DNA of 64,000 nt from NCBI GenBank assembly GCA_039096225.1, contig JBBPEB010000014.1:2323978-2387977 (forward strand), read 5' to 3'. Positions 1-13,900 of the stretch are shown here, in pieces. Position 1 is the first letter of the stretch. Each line of letters begins with the position of its first letter. A program made the position numbers and the translations under genes. The notes beneath the pieces were generated by a model, which did not search any database, was not told the DNA's origin, and saw only the letters and a list, made by a program, of their open reading frames with translations. This DNA is from Blastocystis sp. Blastoise (Eukaryota > Protista > Bigyra: Opalinata).

Positions 1-542
1 TAATAGGACATGTTAATCTACAAATACCATCTGAACATAATTGATATGTAGATATAAAACAACTATATGTATTATTATTTGAATATAAAATAGGAATAAA
101 AATAGATAATGTTGTAGAATCATAATGAATATTAATTTGATTTGATTTTTCTTTAGAATAAATAGAATAATCATAATAATGATAAGGTGAATAAATAGAT
201 CTTCCTACTTGTTGTCCTGATGGTGATATAAATATAGAATTACAATCGATATTGATATCTACACAAATACCATTAGGACATCTTTTAGGAGATGTAGTAG
301 GACAAGGAGGAATAGGAGGACAAAGAGAAATATCACGAAAAGACCCATCAGGACATAATGTAATCGAAGAAAAAGGAGAAGGAGAAGGAGAAGGAAGAGA
401 TGAAAATAATGTTATATTTAATGTTTCACAATAAAGAGGAGAAGATACACATAAATCATTATAACAATGATAAGGAAGATTCTCAGGACAATTTGATAGT
501 AATGGACAATCACCTTCATTTAATACACATGTACCTATAAAA

Positions 543-574
<32 letters not shown>

Positions 575-3500
575 CCATCAGGACATTCTACAGGTAAATG
601 TGAAGGACAAAAAGGAAGTCTTTCTGGATCTTGCTAAATATAGATATTATTATTATATTAATAAAATAAAAATAAAAATAAAAATTAATAAAATAAAAAA
701 TAAATAAAAAAACAAATAAAAAAACAACATACATTACAATTTATACACGGTTTACATAAACTATAATGAGCTACACAACTCATATCATCACATAGAAACG
801 GAATATCTTTTGGACAAATAGGTCTTTTTGGACAACTTCTATATATAAAACTAATTTCTTGATCTGTTTCTTTTCCTTGTATTAATGTATAATTTTCTAT
901 AGAATTATAAGGATTATCAGATTGATCTTCATTTATAATATTTAAAGATAATAAAATAGGTGAATATCGCTGACCATGTAAAGGAATACAATCTCCAGAA
1001 GCACATGCTTGAGAATGATATATAGAACATCTATTTAATAATAAACATTGTGAAGGATGAGAAACACATTGACCATTTGGACATATATAAGATTGATTAA
1101 TAGGACAAGAATATGTATTAGAATTTAGAATAGAAGAACATTCATTTCTTGTAGAAACACAAGTACCATTAGAACATAATATAGGATGAAGAGGAGAACA
1201 ACCATTAATAAATGTACATTCATTAGCATTCCTTACACATTCTCCTCGAATACATTTATAAGGTCTTTCATGAGGACAAGAATGATAGGTATATTCAGTT
1301 GTACAATTATAAGAATATTTCACACAACGACCTGTTGGACATTTATAGGGAGATGATAATGGACAACCTATATATATTATTATTATTATTATTATTATTT
1401 ATTTATTTATTAATTAATATATATATGTAATAATAATAAACTTACCATTATCACTAAGACAATCTTCTTCTTTTTCAACACATAATCCATTATATAATCC
1501 TGTTTTACACATATAATTATAAGGAGATGTACATATAGTTCGATCAGTACATAAAGAAGAAGAAGCACGACAACTACCATCAGAACAACGAATATAATTT
1601 GTATTATAATTACTTGTATTACAAGGCATAATCAAAGGACAATCTGTATACGATTTCACACATATACCTATAGCACATCGAATTGGTTTATCTTCACTAC
1701 ATAATGAAGGAAGACTAGAAAAATAAGAATATAAATATTGACGATCTACAAAATAAACTAAAGGAGATTCAAAGAGTTCTGAAGAAAATAAGGATAGTTT
1801 ATTATTAGTATTATTATTTTTGTTAAATAATTTATGTTCATATTCATTTAATAAAGGAGATGATTTCTGAAGATTATTTTCTGTAAAGAAAGATTTATCC
1901 ATATATTTCATAAAAGAATCGATTATTGTATTATATAGAGTATTTATTATAGATTTTATATTATTCATTATTTTATTAAGATAACTATTATTATTTATAT
2001 CTGTATTCAATAATGAATTAACAAATAAAGAAGGAGAAGGAGATGTATCTTCAGGAATAAATGAATAAGAAGAATAAGGACAATAAAAAGTAGATATCAT
2101 ACATAAACCATTCTCACATTGTTTATATGGAGCAACACATAAAGCTAGATAATATTTATTTATTATTATAAATATAAATATTATTATTATTATAAATAAA
2201 ATAATAAAATAAAATATAATAAAATAAAATAAAATAAAATAAAAATAAACAAACATACGACTACATTCTTCATCTTCTTTAATACATTCACCATTATAAC
2301 ATGATTTAGGTTTAGAAGAAGAGCAACCATTCGAAAGAGGACAATCTTCTATAGATTGACGACATGTACCATCTAAACAACGTATATATCCATTAGTATT
2401 ACAAGTCCAATCACACGAAGAATGATAAATATCTATATTATTCTTTGAACTATCTTTTGTATAACATATTAATGTATTATGACACCATCCACTAAATTGA
2501 TCATTATTACAATTATCATTCGATATACATTCTTCTTTTGAAGATACACATAATCCTGAAATACATTTATAAGGTTTAAACATAGGACATAAAGGTTCAG
2601 AACATAAAGAAGAATCACGAACACATGTACCATCAGAACATAAATATTTATCATAACTACAAAAACCAGTCACATAATGATCACTTTCCATTGAATATTT
2701 ATCTAAAAAAAGATATTTATTATATTATAAAAAAATATATATTATTATAAAAAGATATATATATAAAATAAAATAAAATAATAAAATAAAATAAAACAAC
2801 AATAAACACCTACTATAATAACCTTCATATCCATTAATACAATCACTTCGATCTTTAACATACTCTCCATGAATACTACAGAAACTAGTAAATTTAGTAA
2901 CTTGTCTTGCTCCTGTAGTAATACATTTTCCATTAAGACAATTCGAAGGTACATAAGGAGGTATAGGTGGACAATCATCTTCAGAAACATGACATGATTG
3001 ATCCCAACATAATATAGGATTTGTAGTTGGACAATATAATAATGGACATTTCTTTGTTATAAATACACAACTACCATCATTACATAATTTATAATTAATA
3101 GGACAATGAATAGTATTAAGACATTGATTCTGATGATAATGACATAATCCATCACTACATAAAATAGGTTTATTTCTTGGACATATACGATAAGAAGGAC
3201 ATTGTTCACTTTGAGATATACAACTACCCTCTATACATCGTTTACTACCTTTAGGACAAAGAGGAGGAGGAATAGAATTCGATAAGATATTCGATTGAAA
3301 GGATGTATCTGTAGATAATGGATCCCAATAATATTTATTTATAGAAGTTAAAGATCCTTCTATAGAAGCAATAGGATCTCCTGTAGGTATAAAATAGGGA
3401 GATATACTATATATATAATAACTATCATCACTATAATGTATATTATATCTTCTACAAGGATAAAATTGATAATTACGTGAACATAAATGTTGATATCGAT

Positions 3501-6500
3501 CTTTTATTTTATTTATACAATTATTTATATCTTCTTTATTATTATATACATTACATACATCGATATACATTTCTAAATATTTACTAACACATTGTTCTAT
3601 TGTATGTTTTATATTTAAATCTGATTTATCATGATATTCTGTTATATCTAAATATTCTTCATTATATTCTTGTAAAGAATTATAGATATAAGGGAATATA
3701 TTGGTAACACCATAAGTACTATCTTCAATCATATAACAACCTCCATCTTCACATCTCATTTCATTATCTCTACATACAGATATAGTAGGACATAAATAAG
3801 AATGTTCTACACATATTTTTTGATAATCACACATATAGAATCCTAATGGACAATGATAATTAGATTCATCAGTACATAATGAATAAGAAGATACACAATA
3901 ACCAGTATCACATAATATAGGACTCGTAGTAGGACAAATAACAGGACTTGAACATAATAAACTATTTCGTACACATGTTTTACTAGAAGAACAATAATAT
4001 GGATAAGCAGAAGGACAATGAGATGTTAATAATATTGAAGGAGAAGGAATAGTTATATTTGTAGTTGTTTCTAAAGATTTATTTTATTATAGTTTTTATT
4101 ATAGTTTTTATTATATAATATATATATATACTTCCTTGTTGATTTCTTTCAATAAAATGAATTTGTGAATAACAATCTTGACTATTTTCAACACAAGTAC
4201 CATTATCACAAAGAATAGGTTTTTCAAAAGTACATAAGATACTAGGTCTACATTGTTGATAGAATAAAGCACATCCTCCATTAGGACAATTTATATAAGG
4301 AGATCGACAAAGAGGTGTTTGAGAACAATAAAAAGATGAAGGTTTACATGTATTATCAGGACATAATACAAGAGGAGAAGGACATGTAAATTTATTAAAG
4401 AAAATATATAAATATATAAATAAATATATAAATATAAATATATAATAATATTATAAAGGATATGTAACATGTGTTGGACATTCAAGCATAGAAACAACAC
4501 AAGTATTATCATTACATTTATAAAAGTTTTTTGGACAATTTGTATAGATATTAATGATTGTAGATTCATTTAAAGATTTTTCATAAATAATATTATTATA
4601 AGCATCTTTATGATAGAGAGGATAAGGAAATAAAGTAGTTTCTTCATTATTATTATTATTAATAGTTTTAATAGAAGAAATAGTTTGAATATTATTATTA
4701 AGAATAGAAGAAGATGAATATAAATTCATATTTTTTGATCTTGTATTCGGTGCACTTTCAGATAAATTTAAATATAAGAATTTATTATCATATTGATAAT
4801 TATAAGTTTCACCAAAAATAAATATAGAATCCGAAATACATTGATTTGAAGGAGATAAATGATAATATCTTGGACATGTAATTGAAGAAGGACATAAAGT
4901 AGCATTCTTAACACAATATCCTTGAGGACATCGATAAGGATAGGTTAATGGACATGTTGTATATATACATTCAGATATACTATAATTATAATATTTATAA
5001 TATTTATTATTATATATATACTTATGTGTACACATTCCATCAGGACATAAAATAAGTGGTTTAGGACAAAAACGAAGAGAAGGACATTCAATTGGATCAA
5101 TAACACAACTTTTCTATTTATATATTTATTATTAATATAATAAAAAAATTAAAATCATAAAATAAATACTTTATCCCAACATAAAATAGGAGCATAAGAA
5201 GGACATTGAATAGAGTTTTTATATTGATTACATTCTTCTACAGATACTGCACAAGTAACTAGATCTCCACAAGTAATTGTAGAAGGTGGACAATGAACTT
5301 GTTGAGGACACATTTGTTTATTTATAGCTATTGCTCCATCAACACATATTACTTTATTTGTATCATGTATAGGAAAAGAAGGACATCTAAAAATATATTA
5401 TATTATATTAATTATAAAAAATAAAATCAATATATATACTTCATATAATTATCAACACAAGCTCCATTTTCACATATATATCCATGACAAGTACAATTAT
5501 GAATATCTTGTTGACAACCTATATGAATATCTTCAGATTCACGATTCATACAAGCTTCCATTCCTAGAGGACAAGTAAGACTATTATGACAATCATTCCA
5601 ATCAGAAACACAATGAATATCTTGTCCATTATCAAAGAATTCTATAGGATTCTTTATGTAATTACCATTCATATTATTATAACATATATAAGGACTAAGA
5701 GAAGAATGCTGTTTACATAAAGAAGGAAGGAAAACAAGATTTGGTTGAGTACCTAATAATATCTTTGTATAGATTTCTGTATTTGTAAGATCATCCCAAG
5801 TAATATCTGTTAAATAAAAATCTATAGATCCATAACCATATAAAGGAGATAATATAGTTAAACTATGTATATAAGGAGTCTGAGATTTGAAAGGAATAGT
5901 CAATCGAAGCTATATAGAAATATTTATAAATAATAATTATTAAATATATATATAAAATCATACAGATCTTTGTTTTCCACTTGAATCAAGAGTAATAATA
6001 GCAAATAGAGTTTTATTGGATGTATTAATATCTAATAAATTCCCTAATGCATCACGAATCTTAATAATCATAGTCACATCTGTATATAGAGAAGTACTCT
6101 CTGAAATAAATGATATATATGTATTTGTATATTCAGGTTCTAAAGGAGAAAGAGAAGTAAGTTTATTAAGAAATATATAGATATATTTTTATAATTATAT
6201 TATATATAATATAAAGGATATAGATAATGATATTGAAGATATTGATGATTATTAATAATAGGATAATATATATAATCACCAGAATAGATTAATTTATATT
6301 CACAAGTATAGGAATCCTTTATAAATATACAAGGGAATAGTTCAGTATGAAGAATAGGATTTCCATCACCCTCTATATCCAGTGATACATCCATTTCAAT
6401 AGAAATAGAATAGGCATCGAATTCTATTGGACGTTCATATATATCATAAAGATATACATATATAAAACAAGTTGTATTCACACGTTCACATTCATCATTC

Positions 6501-8007
6501 TTAAGGACTATATTTATATTTATATTCATTTATTTATATAATAAGAATACTTGTAGATTGATATCTGATTTGTGCTGGATAGAGTTGAATCTTTAATAAT
6601 GGAAAAGGAGAAGTTGAATTATAATATAATTGAAGTGTATATTCAGTTAGTATATTTATTAAAGAAAATAATTTTTATTTTTTGAATAAATATTTACTTA
6701 TATATAAATAGGATATAATTTCCAGGATGAGTAGAAGTTAAATCATTATAAATTATCAAATATTGACCTATATATAAATATTATTTTATATTATATTATT
6801 ATATATATACCAAGTTCTTTATCATATAATTGAACATTCAAATGAGGTGGAATAAACATTGTATTCGACTATATAGAATACTAATAATACTATATATATT
6901 ATATAATAAATATACAGAAGATGTAATAGCCATAGAGAATAGATTTGTGTCAAAATAGGTATATACAGGATTCCCATATATATCTACAGTAGATAATAAG
7001 AATGATCCTTTTGTCTATTAATATATAATATAATATATAATGTAATATATAAATATATACATTTTCTCTTAATCCATGTATACTACATAATCCATCAGGT
7101 AACTTATCTTCATTCTCTAAGGGAGAACAGGAATATATATAGGAAGTAGCTTCTGATGGTTTTATAATAGCTTGTATTGGAGAATTCTATTTATATATAT
7201 ATAGAATATAATAATATAATAAATATACTAATAAAGCTACTCCTGATAGTTTTACATATATATCATAGTTTCCAATTGTATATAAATATAACGAAAATAC
7301 ATATACATTTCCATAAATTAATATTGCATAACTATATAATAATTATAATAATAATAAATATATATACCTATCTGTTTCTATACGAGTTTCATTCTTATAT
7401 ATTTCTATATATAATTCTTTTGATATATCTTCTTCTATTGTATTATTAAAGGAGTGATTATTAAGAAAATATTTATTTATATAATATATATAAATAATAA
7501 TAATATAAAAGATATATCAAAGAGATGAACATGAATGAAAATTTGAGTACCAGCTATATAAGCTATATATATAAATAATAATGATAATAAATATATATAT
7601 ATACTTTTATTGATTCCTTCATCATCTAATAATTCTATATATATAATAATAATAAAAATACATATAATAAATACCATTTTTTCCATAATCTTCATAATTA
7701 GGAACAGGAATAGGATTATTATTAGAAGGGAAATGAATAAATGATTGTTGAGGGTCCATAATTGATGGAGAAATAATCAATTGAAATTGTTGTTCATAAT
7801 GAACTTGCTCAAGAGAAAATGTTATAGTATATGTATCAGCATCAATATAATACATTCTATATAATAATAATAATAATATAATATATATAATATATACTTT
7901 GTATAAATAGTATTATGATCAAAAATAAAGATAGCTGGTTTATTCCCTGTGCAATAAGGTAAATCACATACATTGAGATTATTACCCTTAGAATCAATCA
8001 CTTTATA

Positions 8008-8039
<32 letters not shown>

Positions 8040-10877
8040 TATATACATGTTGATTTTAAGAATGGTTGAATATAAGTAGGATTAATATCATTACCATAAA
8101 TATCTCGTGGATGAAATGTACAATTAAATTCTATTCCTGTAGTTAATTCATCAGGACAAAGTAAATAAGAAGGAGATCCAAGAAGATCTATATAATTATA
8201 TTATTATTATATATTATATATTATATATATACTCATATTAGGATAAGCATAAGTAGTAGTAGTAAGTATTTCTATATAGGGTTGATCTTCAAAGGATGTA
8301 GAAATAGTAATAGTATATAGATCTCGATAAGAAGAAAGATGAAGAGGAGAATCTATTAGAAACTATATAAATATTAATTATATATATATTATTATATATA
8401 CATGAATATGATTATTGTTGAGAGTATAAGAATAGAGAAGAGGAGGAGAAGAAGTTAAATTGAATTGTTGATTTATAGGAATAGGACTATATAATAATAA
8501 TATTAATAAAAAAAATAAATATACATTTCATTATTATGAATATCTTTAACAATAACATCTAATTCTCTTCTTATTTCAGGTACAAATCCCATACTGAATG
8601 TTCCTGAATAGGTTGATGATAAAGAATACTTTAAACATGTGAATGTAGTAATTGTCACTGATGTATCCAATATAGGCATATTATTATATAATAATATAAA
8701 CGTATAATTACGAGCAGTAGGAAGATGAGGTATAGTTGTATATAGATTAAAGAAAATAATAGTATTTAATTAGTATTATTAATATATATATATAAAAGGA
8801 TATTTATAAGTACCAAGTGATATAGTTTCAACTATATACATAATTCCATCATAATAATCTTCATCTATATTTATCCTATATATATATTTATATTTATATA
8901 ATAATAGAATACCATTTAAGATTAGATTGTTGACCCGTAATAATATGTTGATTTTCATCAAATATTTGAAATGAAAAGAATGGATCAGTTTCTAAATTGA
9001 CATTTAATATCGATGATACATGAAATTTAAGAGGAGATGTTAATCTATAAATATATTGAAAATAATTAAAAAAATATATATACATGAATAAAGAATAAGG
9101 AAGAGAAGATAGAGTAACAGGAATATCTTTAGAGAATAGATTATCTTGTTTATTTTGAAAGAATAGACGTATATATAAATAAGGATATTCTGATTCAGTA
9201 AGACCAATAATAGAAGACATTTCAACAATATAATGAATATGAATACTATAAATAAATATAAATAATAAATAATAAATAATATTAACATACGTATTATTGA
9301 GTATATGTTTATCTACAGTAAAAGGAGTATCTTCTAAAGTATCAGCTCGTCGAATATCTATATCAATATATTCTCCTTCATGATTATATATAGAAAAAGA
9401 AGGATCTTCTTTTGAATATCCACCTTCTTCAATATAATATGTAGCATTCAATGAATTAAAATATTCATCCTATTATAAATATATAACAATAATAATAATA
9501 ATAAATAAATACTTTTAAATTCATATAGATATCTCCACAAATAGAAATATTAGTAGAATCACAATAAGAAACAAATTCAATTCCAGTCCCATGAATATCA
9601 GTATGAGCAATATAAAGAGTACCAGGAACAACAGCTATTATATATATTATATTATAAATATAAATATATATACTTAGATAAGAATCATAGATATTTCCAG
9701 AAACTAATGTAATCAATGAAATCTTATGGAATCCTGATACTTTAGCAGGTATAGAACATGTACTAAGAAGACTTATTGAATCTGGATTCATAACATCATA
9801 ATAAGTATTTCGATCTATATAAAATTATATTCAAATTATATATATTTATATATACCTTCTACATAACTATAATCACATATTTTATATACACTTTGTAAAT
9901 TAATTACTGAATTATTATATCTATAAATAATATATATATAAATAAAGAATAATAAAATAATTACATATCAAAGAATTTGATGTTTATAGGAATAATATCA
10001 CCAGCAGTATAAAGAGAATCATGAGTTACTTTTATTGTAGATGTACTATATATATATAAGAGAATAATAATAATTAATATACATTTCAGTAGAAGGTATA
10101 GTAGTGATATTCAATTCTAAAGAGGACCAAATATTATCTTCAGATAAACAATCTATTTTCACAGTTATATTTCTAACTTTTGAAGGTAAATGAATAAATG
10201 TATAAAGAGGACAAATAGAAGTATATTGATATTCTTGTGTATATATATCAAGAGAAGGAGATGTTGAAAATGAATAAAAAGATTTCTGAGTATACTATAT
10301 AATAATAATATATTATAATATAAATATATAAATATACTTCTCCATCACCTTTAATATACACTTTATATTTATCTCTTCGATTATCTAAACAATATCCATC
10401 ATCATATATATCTCTTGTATATATATACATATACGTTAATGTACCTGCAAAACTAATAGGACTGTAAAAAGTAGAATTAAGAAATATATATAATAGTATT
10501 AAGAGAATATAATATAAAATAAAATAAAATATAAAAAGGATATATAGATTTCAGTTTTCGAGCAATCATTAGGACTAATTCTACTTTGAATAGTACAATA
10601 TATATAAGAATTAATTGTATCAATATCTTCTTCTTCTTCTTGATTTAGAAGACGTACATATAAATGACCATTAGAAATCTCACGAAAGAAGCGAATGGAT
10701 AATGTATATTGTGAAGTAGAATCCATAGTGATTCTATAACTAAAGAATTGATCGGATTCACCTGGAAATAAAGGAATATCAAATCCTTCTGAAGATGTTA
10801 CATATAATTTTATTATAAAATTATTCTGATTCACTAAATTATAATAACGATCTCTTACTATTAATGTAAACTATATA

Positions 10878-10914
<37 letters not shown>

Positions 10915-13900
10915 CAACACTTCTATATAAAGGAATAATTGAATAGATAGTAGAGATAGAAGAGTAGAGATAAGAAGGAACATCACTATATACTGATAAT
11001 TGGAATGGAGTATTAATCACACATAAACCATTCACACTATAGAAAATATTATTATAGATTTATATATATTTACATCCATCTAAAATAAACAGATTCTGAA
11101 GTATAAGAAACAAATTGATATATTAATTTTTCATGTAATGGATCTATATATATATAATAATCATAATAATAAATATATAAAATACCTTCTTTTGAAGTAA
11201 AGAAATAAGATTGATCTGTATTTAATAGAATTGTTCCTGTAAATAATGTTGTAGGAACTGTATTATTATATTCATCACGAAAATATATTTCAAAATTATC
11301 TATATATATATGTTATTATTATATAAATATAAAATAAATATAAATATATACGAATAACACCAACACTAGTAGTTTTATTTGGTGGTATAAAAATAGTATT
11401 TGAAGGAAGAAGAGAACCATGAGTTACTGTCCATGCAGATAAAAATGGAGAATAATGAATAGGAATACCATCTACTGTTATATAAATATCATATATAGCT
11501 ACATAGAAAGCTTTTAAATATAAATAAAGAGAAGAAGAAGAAAGATAGGAGAAGGTATATGTAGGAAGAGATGGAACTATATATATATATATAGAATAAT
11601 AAATAAATAAAATATAAATATACCCTTTCGATCACTAATAAAAGTGACTTTAATTCGTTGTTCGAGATCGATATCTATAGGTATTTGTCCACATCGACTA
11701 TTAAGGAATAATTGAAGTGGATATATAGATCCTGCAGTACTCGTGAAGAAGAGAGGATATTCAGAAGGAGTAATAGTAGTAGAAGTCAAAGGAATCGTTG
11801 ATACTGTAGGAGATATCAATTGGATACCCTATTCAATATAATTATATTATTATTATTAATATATACATGTTCTGGTGAAATAATTTCTAAATAATATCCT
11901 GATGATAAATGAGAGACAGAATCCTATATATATAATAATAATAATGATTATATATAGAATAATACAAGATTGATATTGAGAGTATGTTTATTAGAGAGAT
12001 AGAGATGAAGTTGATTATATCTAGAGATCAACTGTAGAGTTAATTGTCCATTATTATAGAAGGAATAGGATACTGAAGTAATTATAGAAGGAGATTTTAT
12101 TGTAGGAGGAGTATCACCAGGTAAATATACTTGAAGAACTATATATTTATTATTTAATATTATTATATTTATATACTATTTTCATTAAAGAAGAATATAT
12201 AAGAATTAGATTGAGAGAAACATCGAGATTGAAGTATATTATTATAGGGAATATCAGGGTTTATTACAGGAGTAGAAGAAGAATATTGTATATAAGGATG
12301 AAGAAGAATACAAAAAGGAGATATGGATTCTATATATATATAATATAATATATAGTATATATATACCTAAATAGATATTTGATTTAAATTGAAGTATTTC
12401 ATACATATAAATATGATATCCAAATATTGATGTTTTATTAAGAGATACAGTCTAAATATATATATTAATAATAAATATATATATATACTTGTTGTTGAAT
12501 ATGAATATTTTTGAAATCTCTTGTACAATAATAAGGATTTTCTCCTTCACTGTTTAAAGTACTACTATAACTATTTCCAGAGAGATTAATACTACTATTC
12601 ATATTCGGTATAGTTGTAGTATCTTCTTTATCAATAATCATAAAAACTACTTTAGAGAGAAGAGGAGCATCACAGAGAAATGTCAAATTCGTTTGAGTTA
12701 TAAAACGAGATATAGAATCTATAGAATAATATTATTTTATTATTATTATTATGTATACTTGATTGAGTTCCACATGTTCTAGAAGCAAAGAATATAGATA
12801 TAGAATAGGTGATTCCAGGAATAAGACCTAATTTATCTGCATAATTCGTTATATTAATATGAGAACCAACTGGAGTGTTATAACTATATATATAATAATA
12901 TATAATATAATATATAATATAAATACCCTCCATAATCTAAGAATAAATGTTTATTAATAAAAACCCATAATCCATTATTGGTTTCAAAATCTATAAATTG
13001 ATCTGTTCTATTCTCATATCTATATATATAATAATAATATTTTATAAATATAAAACAATAATAATATACAAGAAAAATAAATTTGTTTTCATAGTAAACC
13101 AGCATTTCTTACCAATATATTCTTCTATTGGACTTAATGCATATCCTCCTTTTACATCTGTTAAAGGAAAATAAGTAGGACTAGAAGATATAAAATATTA
13201 TAGATATATATATACTAATTAAGTGTAAGAAGGTTTTTGGTACCCATAATACCAATAAGAGGAAAAGAGAAAGAATATGAATTATTACTTTCTGTAAACC
13301 ATGTATTGAAGGTAGAATATGTAGAATTCATAGATGCACTATAAAAAAGAAGAATAAAAATAGTATTATAAAAATATATATATACACAGGAAGATCATAA
13401 TCATTGAGTTCTGATTCAACGAATCCAGTTTCTTTAGAACTTCCCCATTTCTGAAAGTCAGTATTTCCTTGGGGATCTAAGCAACATAATCGAGAAATCA
13501 CTTCATTATTATGGAAATCATCAGTAATATCCTCTACGAAACAACATCCATCTCCTGCAGCAGTATAATCATAATAGGTACTCATTGTATATATTATAGC
13601 TATAAAAAATTATATTCATTAATTATATATAAATATACGAGAAGTAGCAACAAAAATTCGAATATTATTATCAGCATAATCATTCACTTTATCACATACT
13701 GTTTCTACTCTATCTTCTTTTGAATATAAATTTGAATATATATATCTATATATAATATAATAATACAAAAATAAATAAATATATACTTTGGATAATTTGA
13801 AGGTTGTTTTGTAATAAAATTATCTGTATAATGAATAATACAATCACGAATACCAAATCCTTTCTCATCAACATATAATGCATATACTCTATATATATTA

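Noticed and set aside
8640-8712. AT-rich stretch starting GTAATT as an intron
   Set aside because: It reads through in frame (TARNYTFILLYNNMPILDT), so it is exonic.
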